Below are positions 48,778 to 58,455 of a stretch of DNA of 64,000 bases, piece after piece. Under the pieces are notes generated by a model. That model did no database searches and was not told the DNA's origin. It saw only the letters and a program-made list of their open reading frames with translations. Position 1 is the stretch's first letter. Every line of letters starts with the position of its first letter. The stretch is taken from assembly GCA_000092065.1 (NCBI GenBank), contig CP000582.1, one strand, 5' to 3'. A program made the position numbers and the translations under genes. Origin of the DNA: Ostreococcus lucimarinus (taxonomy: Eukaryota).

Positions 48778-51609
48778 ATGGGATGCCTGAAAGGTTGCAT
48801 GTTCTCGCGCGACGTGCTCACCGCCGCGTCGTGGGACGCCTTCGCCAAGGACGCCCTCGACGTCGATTTGGATTCCAAACCGACGCTCGACGATGGCGCG
48901 CGCGCGGGGACGAAACGCGCGCGCGCGCGCAAGCGCCTCGCCGTCGGAGAGGCGCTCGGGGATGAAAACGAATCGAAACAGACGAATCTCGACGCGCGAG
49001 AGGCGGCAAACGAGCGAACGGAGGGGTCGCTGCGGGCGATGGAATCAGCGATGGATGGGAATTTGCTCTTCGTCGAGCTGGACGCGCGAGCGCGACGACG
49101 GGTGATGGACGCCATGACGCCCTCGTACGTCGACGAGGGCGAGATCGTGATCGCGCAGGGCGATACGAATTGCGATCGATTCTACGTGATCGAAATCGGG
49201 GAGGTGCGGGTGATGAAGAATGAAAATTCGAAGCGGTCGAGCTTGTCGAACGATAGCGCGAACGAAGAGGGATCGCCGCGCGCTGCGCGGCTGGCGACGT
49301 CAAAGCGTTCGTTTGAAGGGTGTGCGTACCATCCCGAGACCGCCAAGCAAGTGGCAACGCTTGGCCCGGGTCGGGGATTCGGCGAGCTCGCGCTGCTGTA
49401 CGCCTGCCCGCGATCGGCGACGGTCGTGGCGGCGACGCCGTTGAAACTGTGGACGCTGCACGCGAGCGCGTTCAAGGCGATAAAGCGTTCCATCGCGACG
49501 AAGGATGCATCTTGTATGCTCGAACTTCTGGAGAGCGTGGAGCTATTCAACGCTCTGTCAGAGCAACAGCTGATTGCGATATGTACCGCGGCGAGAAGAG
49601 AGGTGTACGAGACGAATGACGTTGTATTCAATCAAGGCGATCCCGGAAATTGCTTCTACATCGTGGAACGCGGCGAGGTGAGCGTTCGAGTCCATGGTGG
49701 CGAAGTCGCGAAACTCTCGCGTGGCGATTTCTTCGGTGAGCGCGCACTGATAAATAATGAACCTCGTGCGGCGACGATCGTCGCCGCAACCGACATTTCG
49801 TGTTTGGTGCTTAATCGCCAAACTTTTGTCTCCATGCTCGGTTCCATTGAAGAGGCGCGATGTTTTGCCGGTTTGGCCGAATGCCCGATTCTCGCCGCTT
49901 TGAGCGACGCACAGTTGACGGATATCTCAAGTTTGATGAAAATGCAAACGTTCGTCAAAGATGAAGTCGTGTTTCAACAGAACTCTCTCGGAGATGCTTT
50001 TTACGTCATCATCGACGGGGAATTCGTGGTTACGAAATCATCCGTTGACGAACCGTTGGCCAAACTCACTCGAGGTCAGTACTTCGGCGAACTCGCACTG
50101 CTGCGTAAAGATAAGCGTGCAGGCACAGTCACATGCGTGAGCCAACACGCGAAGGTCGCGTGCATGACGAAGACGGCGTTCGAGAAGAAATTGGGCAACT
50201 TGGAAGTCTTGCGCAAGGCTTGGCGACTCGAGACGTTGAGAAAGGTGCCGATTCTCTCAAAGCTCTCTCCTGACGAAGCTCGAGCGTTATCGGACGAACT
50301 CACCGATGTGTCTTTTCGAGAGAATGAAACGATCGTTCGTCAAGGCGACAAAGGTGACGCCATGTTTATTTTGGAATCTGGCGAAGTTGAAGTCGTGGAC
50401 GAAAAGACGCTCGACGCCGAAGGAGCGCCGAAACTGTTATGCAAGCTCGGTCCGAGCTCCTACTTTGGCGAGCTTGGACTACTAAATTCTGAAACTAGAG
50501 CCGCTACCGTACGTGTTCCGCATCGAGCGACTGTTTTGATCATCACCCGTCGCACCTTCGAGCAACATCTCGGCAACTTGAAGGACATCCTGAAGAGAAA
50601 CGCCGAGGAAATGTACGCTAAGAGCGGTAGCGGCTCGTACAAGAAACCGGTGACAGCTGAGCTCGAGGAGCTCCAAACCATCGGTTTCTTAGGCGTTGGA
50701 TCGTTCGGTCGAGTGACGCTTGTGGCTCACGATGGAGAGACGTACGCGCTGAAGGAAATTGGCAAAGCACAAGTTGTCGCTCGCGGGTTGGTCGAGCACG
50801 TGTGGCGCGAAAAGCAAACCATGGCGCAATGTGACTCACCGTTCTTGGTAAACCTTCGGCGTACCTACGTCAGCGAAAGATCGATTTACATGCTCATGGA
50901 CAAAGTTCTTGGTGGAGAGCTTTTTACGTACTTGCAAACTCGAAACTCGCCGCTGCCCGAGGCGCACGCCAAATTTTATGCGGCGTGCGTGGTGCTGGCA
51001 TTCGAGTATCTGCACGACCGGCAGATCACTTACCGCGATTTAAAGCCAGAGAACCTTCTGATTTGTACAAATGGTTATCTCAAAGTCACGGACTTTTCGT
51101 TCGCGAAGAAACTTCCGAAGGGCGCGAAAACTTTTACGCTGTGCGGCACGCCACAATACTTGGCGCCCGAGCAAGTACAACAAGTCGGCCACAATCGCGC
51201 CGTCGATTGGTGGGCGGTTGGCGTTTTGGTGTACGAACTCGTCAACGGCGTCCCACCTTTCAATCAAGACGACCACTACCAAATGTACAAGGCGATCAAC
51301 GAGGTCAAATTCCACTTTTCGCCTCGCAACGGCCCCAAATTCCGCGCCGTCGTCTCCGGCCTCCTTCGCCGCATGCCCGCGAGTCGACTCGGCATGGGCA
51401 AAACCGGCGCACGCGAAATCAAGCAGCACGAGTGGTTTGCAGACATAAACTGGAGCGCTCTCGCGCAGCAACGCGCGCGCGCGCCGTACGTGCCGCTCGT
51501 CGAAGACGTTCGCGATTTAAGGCACTTTGTGGACACCGGCGACGACGTCCCGGGACTCTCCGCGAAGTGGGGCACCTACGCCTCCATCGGGCGATTTACC
51601 GACTTTTAA
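48778..51609 (+). CDS. cGMP-dependent protein kinase-like (PKG): four cyclic-nucleotide-binding domains plus a C-terminal AGC kinase domain, with an N-terminal MGCxxGC acylation motif
   Basis: Four cNMP PBC cassettes: GFGELALLY...RSATVVA, FFGERALIN...RAATIVA, YFGELALLR...RAGTVTC, YFGELGLLN...RAATVRV. Kinase motifs: LGVGSFGRV, YALKE, YRDLKPENLL, DFSFAK, GTPQYLAPE. The start is placed at the ATG at 48778 (MGCLKGCMF); the track start is GTG. Confidence 0.85.
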   Translation: MGCLKGCMFSRDVLTAASWDAFAKDALDVDLDSKPTLDDGARAGTKRARARKRLAVGEALGDENESKQTNLDAREAANERTEGSLRAMESAMDGNLLFVELDARARRRVMDAMTPSYVDEGEIVIAQGDTNCDRFYVIEIGEVRVMKNENSKRSSLSNDSANEEGSPRAARLATSKRSFEGCAYHPETAKQVATLGPGRGFGELALLYACPRSATVVAATPLKLWTLHASAFKAIKRSIATKDASCMLELLESVELFNALSEQQLIAICTAARREVYETNDVVFNQGDPGNCFYIVERGEVSVRVHGGEVAKLSRGDFFGERALINNEPRAATIVAATDISCLVLNRQTFVSMLGSIEEARCFAGLAECPILAALSDAQLTDISSLMKMQTFVKDEVVFQQNSLGDAFYVIIDGEFVVTKSSVDEPLAKLTRGQYFGELALLRKDKRAGTVTCVSQHAKVACMTKTAFEKKLGNLEVLRKAWRLETLRKVPILSKLSPDEARALSDELTDVSFRENETIVRQGDKGDAMFILESGEVEVVDEKTLDAEGAPKLLCKLGPSSYFGELGLLNSETRAATVRVPHRATVLIITRRTFEQHLGNLKDILKRNAEEMYAKSGSGSYKKPVTAELEELQTIGFLGVGSFGRVTLVAHDGETYALKEIGKAQVVARGLVEHVWREKQTMAQCDSPFLVNLRRTYVSERSIYMLMDKVLGGELFTYLQTRNSPLPEAHAKFYAACVVLAFEYLHDRQITYRDLKPENLLICTNGYLKVTDFSFAKKLPKGAKTFTLCGTPQYLAPEQVQQVGHNRAVDWWAVGVLVYELVNGVPPFNQDDHYQMYKAINEVKFHFSPRNGPKFRAVVSGLLRRMPASRLGMGKTGAREIKQHEWFADINWSALAQQRARAPYVPLVEDVRDLRHFVDTGDDVPGLSAKWGTYASIGRFTDF

Positions 51610-51775
51610 ACCCCCCTTAAATAATTTGTGTAATAATTTACGAGCGCGTGCGACTGCGCCGTCGCGTCCGTCGAAGAAATTCCGCTCGCCGCCGCGCTCG
51701 ATATCCAGTACTGGCAGCGCTGTTCAAACGCGTTGCCCGTCCGCGCGTGCCGCACACACGCGCGCGACGCACGAC

Positions 51776-53575
51776 ATGCTCGTCGCGCGCGCGCGCGCGA
51801 CGACGCGCGCATCGCCGCGCGCATCGCGCGCGCGCGCGTCTTCCGCACCTCGCGTCGCCCGTCGCGTGGCCGCGCGCGCGACAAAGTTGACGATGGGTCC
51901 GGTGGGACAACCTGTCCCGAATGGATACGGCGATTATTACCCCACCCCGCGCGACGATCGCCGCGCGGGCGTGATCATGCACCCCACGAGTCTGCCCGGA
52001 GCGTACGGGATCGGCGACGCGGGCCCGGAGGCGCGCGCGTTCGTGGATTGGATGGCGAAAGGAAAGATGAGTATCTGGCAGGTGCTGCCGCTCGTGCCGC
52101 CGGGACGTCCGATACCGGGCGTGCGGGAAGACTATTGGTCGCCCTACAGCGGACGCGACGCGCACTGTGGAAATACGCTCGTGATATCGCTGGATGATTT
52201 GGTCGCGGACGGGCTGCTCGAGACGAAAGATTTGCCGAAGGCGTACGGCGGAAGCGAAAACGTGGATTTCGGACGCGTCGCGGCGACGAATGAGCCGCTG
52301 ATTGCAAAGGCGGCGGAAAAGTTGCTCGCGATGGCGAGTGGTAGTGGACTAAAGGGGGAGTATGATGCGTTCTGCGCGCGCGCGGATGTGAAGGCGTGGT
52401 TAGATCCCGCCGCGACGTTCGACGCCATCGATTCGACGCCGGAACTCTTGGGTAAATATTGGTGGGATTGGCCCGCGGAATATCGCGATCGCGATCCAGG
52501 CGCGCTCGCGGCGATCGAAAGCGAAAAAGCGAGTTCGATTGAACTCTTCAAGGCGACGCAATTTCTGTTCCATGTGCAGTGGATGCGTTTGAAAAAGTAC
52601 GCCAACGATAGAGGCGTTTCTCTGGTGGGCGACATGCCTATCTACGTCGGCGGTCACAGCGCCGACGTGTGGGCGAATCAAAACTTATTCTTGCTCGGTG
52701 ACGATAAACGCCCGTCGGCGTTGGCGGGTGTACCACCCGACGCGTTCTCCGAGGACGGTCAGTTGTGGGGTAACCCGTTGTTTGATTGGGGCGAGCACGC
52801 GCGAACGGATTACGCGTGGTGGGCTCAGCGATTGAAGCGCACGCTCGAACTTCACGACGAGGTGCGCATCGATCACTTCCGCGCCTTTGCGGCGTACTGG
52901 GAAGTCGAAGCCGGCGCGCCGACGGCGAAGAGCGGTCGATGGATGGTCGGTCCGGGGGTGGATATGTTCAACAAGCTCAAGCCGGCGCTCGGCGACGCGA
53001 AAATCGTCGCGGAAGATCTCGGGGTCATCACCGCCGACGTCGTCGATTTGCGTCAAGAGTGCGGTTTCCCGGGTATGGTTGTCCTTCAGTTCGCGTGGGG
53101 TGGTAACGGGCGCAACCCGCACTTGCTGCACAACCACTACGAAAATTCATTTTGCTACCCGGGCACGCACGACAACGAAACGTCGCAAGGCTGGTACGCG
53201 CAACAGGACGAGGACACCAAGCGCCGCTTGGAGGCGTACGCCGGCATCGCCTACGGCGACGGCGCGTGGGGCATGATCAAGGCTGGGATGTCCAGCGTGA
53301 GCAAGGCGTGCGTATTCACCATGCAAGACGTCCTCGCCCTCGGCAACGAGGCGCGCATGAACACCCCCGGCGTCGCCGACGGCAACTGGTCCTGGCGCAT
53401 CGGTGAACCGGGCGTTTTCGCCACCCTCGACGCCGAGGCGCACAAGCTCGCGAGTTTAGCCACCGTCTACGATCGCGTCGCCGACCCGGACGCGCAGTCC
53501 ATGCGCGAATCCTGTCAATCCGTCGCCGGCGGCGGTCGAGGCGGCTTATTCGGTTTAGGCTTCTGGATCTTCTAG
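51776..53575 (+). CDS. DPE1: 4-alpha-glucanotransferase (disproportionating enzyme DPE1, GH77) with plastid transit peptide
   Basis: RRAGVIMHPTSLPGAYGIGDAGPEARAFVDWMAKGKMSIWQVLPL is the GH77 N-terminal signature. The catalytic region is colinear with MalQ/DPE1. The start is moved to the ATG at 51776 (MLVARARATTRASPR), because the track ORF overlaps the PKG 3' end. Confidence 0.85.
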   Translation: MLVARARATTRASPRASRARASSAPRVARRVAARATKLTMGPVGQPVPNGYGDYYPTPRDDRRAGVIMHPTSLPGAYGIGDAGPEARAFVDWMAKGKMSIWQVLPLVPPGRPIPGVREDYWSPYSGRDAHCGNTLVISLDDLVADGLLETKDLPKAYGGSENVDFGRVAATNEPLIAKAAEKLLAMASGSGLKGEYDAFCARADVKAWLDPAATFDAIDSTPELLGKYWWDWPAEYRDRDPGALAAIESEKASSIELFKATQFLFHVQWMRLKKYANDRGVSLVGDMPIYVGGHSADVWANQNLFLLGDDKRPSALAGVPPDAFSEDGQLWGNPLFDWGEHARTDYAWWAQRLKRTLELHDEVRIDHFRAFAAYWEVEAGAPTAKSGRWMVGPGVDMFNKLKPALGDAKIVAEDLGVITADVVDLRQECGFPGMVVLQFAWGGNGRNPHLLHNHYENSFCYPGTHDNETSQGWYAQQDEDTKRRLEAYAGIAYGDGAWGMIKAGMSSVSKACVFTMQDVLALGNEARMNTPGVADGNWSWRIGEPGVFATLDAEAHKLASLATVYDRVADPDAQSMRESCQSVAGGGRGGLFGLGFWIF

Positions 53576-53797
53576 CCGCGCGTTCGCGACGATCACCGAC
53601 GTCCCGTCCGATCCGCGCGCGCGCGATCGACGCCCGCGCACCACCCTCTCACTTCCCATCGCGTTCTTCGCTACGTCCGTGCGGATTGAATTACAAAAAG
53701 AAACCTACGAGCCTTCGCGCGTCGTCTCGCGCGTCCCGCTCGCGTCCCTTAGGGGTATCCTCGCCGTCCCGTCTCTCGTCGTCTCTTCGCTCTTCGC

Positions 53798-54118
53798 TCA
53801 CGTCTCCTCGAGTTCGCTCTCGTCCAGGTGCGCGATGAAATCTTTCCCGCCGTTCGGGTTCGGGATCGCCACCTTGACCGCGAGCGTCGCGCTCGTCGTC
53901 GCGCCCTCGTGCGCGTCCGCGCGCGAATCGACGACGCCCGTCATGCCGATGAGATCCGTCGCCGCGCCCTTTGATTTCGGGACGTGGTACACGACGACGG
54001 ATGATTTCACGCGAACCTTCGCGCCGACGCCGAGCGCGGCGCGGGCGACGACGGCGGCGCGGGCGGGAGGGCGCGCGACGGCGCGCGCGAGGGGGGCGCG
54101 CGAGGACGACGCGAACAT
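53798..54118 (-). CDS. FTRV: Ferredoxin-thioredoxin reductase variable (alpha) subunit with transit peptide
   Basis: ATG at about 54118. KVRVKSSVVVYHVPKSKGAATDLIGMTGVV...KDFIAHLDESELEE aligns with FTRV (KVRVKSPLKVYHVPK...FFAHLKEDEFE). Confidence 0.75.
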   Translation of the reverse strand: MFASSSRAPLARAVARPPARAAVVARAALGVGAKVRVKSSVVVYHVPKSKGAATDLIGMTGVVDSRADAHEGATTSATLAVKVAIPNPNGGKDFIAHLDESELEET

Positions 54119-54232
54119 CGCGGCGAGAGGCGCGAAGTGCGGACGAAGGGGCGAAGTCGAAAGCTACGATGCGACGGGGTGCGTGTTGAAAAGAATCGAT
54201 TCGACGAGGCGATCGGTGGGGCGACAGGACGG

Positions 54233-55192
54233 TCACGCGTCGGCGTCGTCGCGGTCGGCGCGGTCGGTGTGGTCGCGAAGCGACATCGCGAGCGCGGCGC
54301 GAAGCTCGGCGTCGTCGTCGTCCTCGGCGGTCGCCGTCGCGGCGTCGGCGATTTCGGCGCTCGGACGCTGACCCATGCTCAGCGCGAGGGCTTGTTGGAG
54401 TAAAGCGTCGTCGTCGAGCATCATGGGATCGGCGGTGGCGTCGACGGGGGAGGTGTCGGCGCTGCCGGCGCCCTCGCTCGCGGCGACGCCCTCCTCGGCG
54501 GCGGCGGGCGCGGACGCGCCGGCGGCGGCGGCGGCTTCCTGACGCGCGCGCTCTTCTTCGAGCGAAATTCGCAGCGCCATCATCAACGCTGGATCGTCTC
54601 CCATGTCTCCCATGTCTCCCATGCCCTCGAGGCCCTGCATCGCCGCCTGCGACTGCGCCGCCGCCGCCGCCGCCGCGAATCCGCTCCCCGACGCCGCTCC
54701 GTCTTGATTGAAAATCGCCGTCCCGCACAAGACATCGCTCAGATTCGCCCCCGGCTCGACGACGACCAGATTCGAGTTATTATTCTTATTCACGCTCGTC
54801 ACGAACGCGTCCAACTTCTCTCGATTCGCCTCGACGTCGCCGAACGACACCACGTCCACCGCCACGTTGCACTTGCGCAATTTTTTCCCCACCGCTCGCA
54901 GCGCCTCGATCTCATCCCTCAGCGGGCTTCCGACGAACAGCACGATCCGCATTCGCTGGTGTTTATTCTGTCTGTGTTTCAGCGCCAAGTGCGCCACCTG
55001 GACGCCGACGCAGACGTTGATCTCGCCCTCGATCTTCACCCCGTGCACCGAGTTGAGCACCGCGCCCAGGTCCTGCGTCGGCGTCGTGAGCACGCGCGGC
55101 GTCTTTCCCGCCAGCGACAGCACGCCGACCGCGTTCTCGGGGTTGCTCTGCGTCTTCGCCCCGGCGAGCAGGTTCAATGCGTCCGCCTCGGC
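54233..55192 (-). CDS. RPN10: 26S proteasome regulatory subunit RPN10/PSMD4 (vWA domain plus ubiquitin-interacting motifs), exon 2
   Basis: LLAGAKTQSNPENAVGVLSLAGKTPRVLTTPTQDLGAVLNSVHGVKIEGEINVCVGVQVAHLALKHRQNKHQRMRIVLFVGSP is colinear with PSMD4. Two UIMs: DPALMMALRISLEEER and DDALLQQALALSMGQ...ELRAALAMSL. Confidence 0.8.
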   Translation of the reverse strand, partial: AEADALNLLAGAKTQSNPENAVGVLSLAGKTPRVLTTPTQDLGAVLNSVHGVKIEGEINVCVGVQVAHLALKHRQNKHQRMRIVLFVGSPLRDEIEALRAVGKKLRKCNVAVDVVSFGDVEANREKLDAFVTSVNKNNNSNLVVVEPGANLSDVLCGTAIFNQDGAASGSGFAAAAAAAQSQAAMQGLEGMGDMGDMGDDPALMMALRISLEEERARQEAAAAAGASAPAAAEEGVAASEGAGSADTSPVDATADPMMLDDDALLQQALALSMGQRPSAEIADAATATAEDDDDAELRAALAMSLRDHTDRADRDDADA

Positions 55193-55313
55193 CTGCGATC
55201 GCGCGGCGCGCGTCAGTCGTCGCGTCGCGCGCGTCGTCGGTCGTCGGTCGTCGCCGCGGTCGTTGGGCGATCTGCGCGCGAGAAAAACGTCGCGCGCGGC
55301 GCGGCGCGCGCAC
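55193..55313 (-). other. RPN10: Predicted RPN10 intron (about 121 nt; donor CAG|GTGCGCGCG, acceptor CAG)
   Basis: Joins exon 1 ...SRLQ to exon 2 AEADAMNLLAGAKTQ. This reproduces [36 protein letters not shown] of PSMD4. Confidence 0.55.
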
Positions 55314-55394
55314 CTGAAGACGCGAGGGGGCGTAGTCGGAGTTGCGAACGTGTTCGCTGTTATCGAGACACAGGATCGTGGCCTCGAGGACCAT
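55314..55394 (-). CDS. RPN10: RPN10/PSMD4 exon 1 (MVLEATILCLDNSEHVRNSDYAPSRLQ)
   Basis: ATG at about 55394 on the minus strand. The 27 aa are almost identical to the universally conserved Rpn10 N-terminus. They are embedded in a spurious 363-aa R-rich track ORF. Confidence 0.6.
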
Positions 55395-55525
55395 GACGCG
55401 CGCGCGGGGGGGGGTGTGACGCGATCGAGCGCGGAGGCGCGGCGACGCCGAGGCGAAGCGGCGAAGCGGCGCGCGGATTACAAAAGCTCGAGACGCGAGC
55501 GTGGGGCGCGCGAAGCGCTGGGTGA

Positions 55526-56530
55526 CTAGACGACGCCGACGAAATCTTCGCCCTCCCAATCGTCGTATATGGAGCGGCGCGCGAGGTCGGGAACGGGGGC
55601 GTCGCAGTCCATCGCGTCCGTCGCGTCCGTCGCGTCCGTCGCGCGCGCCGCGTCGGACGACGGCGCGAATCCCGGACGCTTGCGAGGCGTCGGGGTGACG
55701 GCGTCCCAACCGGGGCTCATGTCCGCGCGCGATGGAAGCGTGGAGCGCGTCGCGACGTCGGCGGCGCGCAGCGGCGCGAGGCGGACCACGGGAAGGCGTC
55801 GACCGTCGCGCGCGGCGGCTTCGGCTTCGGCTTTGGCGCGCGCGCGCGCCTCGGCGGCCTCGGCCAACTCTCGCGGCACGTACTCTCCGGGTTTCAGCGT
55901 CCCGTTCGGTCTCGCGAGTGGATCCACGGGCACGCGAACCATCTCCTCGTCGTCCTCCACCGGCGGATCGTACGCGTGCAACAACCGTCGCCACTTGCGC
56001 ACCGCGCCGTCGAACGCGCGTTTCGACATTCCCGCGCGAATGTTCGGCGTCCACGCATCGCTCGATCTCCTCGCGCTCTTCGCCACGAGCTCGCGATATC
56101 GCGCGTACCCGAGCGTGTTCTTCCCGTAATCGATCTGTCGCTGTCGTTGTCGCAGCTTGTGCGGATCCGTCTCCTCGCGCGTCGTCGCGTCGTCGCCCGA
56201 GCCGCGCCGCGCGTCGCCCGCCGCGGCGTTCGTCAGGTCGTACACGTCCTCGATCTCCCCGTCTTCGATCGCGCGCTTGACGTCGATTCGTTTGCGTTCG
56301 TTCGAGCGCCTCGCGCGCGCGCCCTCGCGCGATCGCGCGACGAGGCCGCGCGAGACGTCGCCGTCGCGCGTCGCTTTTCGCGCGCTCGCGGGCTTGACGA
56401 TCGCGCGCGCGGGCGCGGTGCGCTTGACGTTGGCGTCGTGCTTGCGCGCGAACGGACGGTGCGATGGCGATTCGTCGTCGCGCGCGGCGCGCGGCGCGCG
56501 CGAGGGCGACGGACGCGGACGAGGCGTCAT
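55526..56530 (-). CDS. SLBP: Histone RNA hairpin (stem-loop)-binding protein, SLBP
   Basis: TDPHKLRQRQRQIDYGKNTLGYARYRELVAKSARRSSDAWTPNIRAGMSKRAFDGAVRKWRRLLHAYDPP aligns with the SLBP RNA-binding domain (TDPHKLRRRQKQIDYGKNTIGYDRY...WKVALHFWDPP). ATG at 56530. Confidence 0.7.
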   Translation of the reverse strand: MTPRPRPSPSRAPRAARDDESPSHRPFARKHDANVKRTAPARAIVKPASARKATRDGDVSRGLVARSREGARARRSNERKRIDVKRAIEDGEIEDVYDLTNAAAGDARRGSGDDATTREETDPHKLRQRQRQIDYGKNTLGYARYRELVAKSARRSSDAWTPNIRAGMSKRAFDGAVRKWRRLLHAYDPPVEDDEEMVRVPVDPLARPNGTLKPGEYVPRELAEAAEARARAKAEAEAAARDGRRLPVVRLAPLRAADVATRSTLPSRADMSPGWDAVTPTPRKRPGFAPSSDAARATDATDATDAMDCDAPVPDLARRSIYDDWEGEDFVGVV

Positions 56531-56655
56531 GGAGTGGGGCGTCTGTCGCGACGCGATTTAAATAAAGTCGACGCGGCGGAGCTGATGTCGCGTCGGGCCG
56601 TTACAATGGCTCTACTAGGAAGCTAAGTTCGCGTTCGACAGATAAAAACGATCGA

Positions 56656-57334
56656 TTAGAAGCCGATGAACTTGGCGGCGAACACGTTGTTGTGCGCGGG
56701 ATCCGCCATGTGGGACACCAAGTTGGCCACCGGGCCGACGCCGGTGTGGTCGTATTGCACCATGATGCCGGCGAAGGCGACCATCGCGAGACGACCGTTG
56801 GCGATCTCCTTCGCCTTCAAGGTCTTCAAGTCACCCTTGGCGTAGCCGAGCGGGTCGAAGATGCCACCCGGGTAACCCACAACGCCAGCCGGGAGCTTGG
56901 CGTTGGAGAACGGCGTCGGATCTTCGCTCACCGAACCCGGCTTGCGAATGTCTTGCCATCTGCGCACTTCGGCCCAGTTCATCATGAGCATTTGCACCCA
57001 GAACAAAGTCGTGGCGTCGGTGAAGTAGCCGTCGTACGACGGGGCCTCGTGCCAGTTCGGCAAGTTGCTGATGCCCATGTTGGTGAGGATCTCCGGCGCC
57101 GCGGCGCCGGCGACGCCGAGCATCGCCCAGCGGCCGTGTTGAAGCTCGGCTTGCACGTACCACTTCAAATCCTCCGGATCCTTGCCGAGTTCGAGCGGAT
57201 CGAAGCCGTAATCACCCGGCAACTCGTTCTTCAAGTGCGCCGGCGCGGTCGCACCCGGCATCCACATCGGTTGCGTCGCGGCGCTCGCGCGCGTCTTCAA
57301 GCTTTGACGCTTTTGCGCCTTCGCCGCGCGCAAA
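56656..57334 (-). CDS. Light-harvesting chlorophyll a/b-binding protein (LHC, Lhca-like), exon 2
   Basis: PMWMPGATAPAHLKNELPGDYGFDPLELG...ELQHGRWAMLGVAGAAAPE...EIANGRLAMVAFAGIMVQY: the two LHC helix motifs (ELxHGRxAML / NGRLAM). Confidence 0.85.
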
Positions 57335-57813
57335 CTGCATTCGCGAAATCGCGCGTTCGTCGTCAGTCGCCCGTTCGTCGCGTTCGCGTCCCGTCCATCC
57401 CATCCCTCCCTCGCGCCGCGCGTCTCGCCGCGCCGCCTCGCCGCGCGCCGTCGCTCCCTCGCGTCGCTCGCGCGCCCGCGGCGGCGCCGCGGACGGCGTC
57501 GAGTCCGAAGCCCCGCGCGCGTCGCCGCGCGCGTCCCGCCCCGTCCCGCCGCGCCCGATCGCCGCTCGAACGTCCGCCCCCCCCGCGCCCTCGCGCGCGC
57601 TTCCGCGCCGCTCGATCGCCGCGCGCGACGCGCGAAATTCCCTCGAATCGAAATCCCCGTTCGAAGACGCGCGTCCGCGCGCGCGCGCCGCGTCCGCGCG
57701 CGCGCGAGCCCGTCGCCGTATCTCCCTCGCGCGATACGATACGATCGCGATACGACGCGCGCGATCCGTTCGCGGCGCGTCTCCGAGCGCGCGACGTCGC
57801 GTCGAGCGCGCAC
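57335..57813 (-). other. Predicted LHC intron (about 479 nt; donor AG|GTGCGCG, acceptor atgcAG), located within the transit peptide. It contains (cgatacgat)-like tandem repeats.
   Basis: Exon 1 ends with 2 nt (AG), completed by T of exon 2 to give AGT Ser. The result is MSAAVQFSSTAVA-S-LRAAKAQKRQSLKTRASAATQPMWMPG, which is LHC-presequence-like. The LHC frame otherwise has no ATG upstream of the mature protein. Confidence 0.5.
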
Positions 57814-57854
57814 CTGGCGACGGCGGTGGAAGAGAATTGAACGGCGGCGGACAT
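57814..57854 (-). CDS. LHC exon 1 (MSAAVQFSSTAVA + 2 nt)
   Basis: ATG at about 57854. The donor GTGCGCG is the same donor heptamer as the RPN10 intron. Confidence 0.45.
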
Positions 57855-58455
57855 GACGACGGGTGTGCGTTTCGCGCGCGGGTGTGTCGCCGGCGCGCGA
57901 TCGGCGCGCGCGGCGATGGTTGGTGTTTATGTCACACATCGTTTGTGTGGGTTTGTAGTGACAGATATAATATAGCATGTCGGACATTCGGTATGTATTT
58001 AAGGGATTCGTAACGGTTTTATTTCACGCGCTCGATATATCCGTTCGGCGCGCCATCGCCCGCACAGCGCGACGCGGGCGGCGCGATGACGCGACGCGTC
58101 GACGCGAACGCGCGCGCCGTCGACGCGCGCGAGCGCGAGTGCGGTGAACTCAGGGTGCGTCGGAAGCGCGAACGCGACGCGAGATGGCGCGGACGCGACG
58201 CGAACGCGAACGATGAATGAATTCGAGTGACCGTTCGACCGTTCGACCGTTCGCGCGACCGTCGACGCGTCGACGGCGCGCGACGGCGACGCGGAGGCGC
58301 GCGCGACGGCGCGAAACGGTGATGCGAAACGCGTCGAACGCGCGCGAGCGAGCGCGAGGCGCGAGGACGGGCGCGGGAGACGCGAGGGGACGCGAGCGCG
58401 GACGGGGGACTGACGGCGAGGCGAGACGCGCGCGCGACAGGGATTTTCGCACTCG

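Noticed and set aside
53679-54728. Overlapping 230-aa (+) and 345-aa (-) Arg-rich ORFs around the FTRV gene
   Set aside because: Only the 106-aa FTRV frame carries conserved sequence. The others are poly-Arg/Gly read-throughs of GC-rich DNA.
58000-58455. Possible small gene or ncRNA in the GC-rich spacer between LHC exon 1 and the coiled-coil gene (repeats cgttcgaccgttcgacc)
   Set aside because: No conserved ORF or recognisable RNA structure. More likely a divergent promoter region and/or the undetected 5' exon of the coiled-coil gene.
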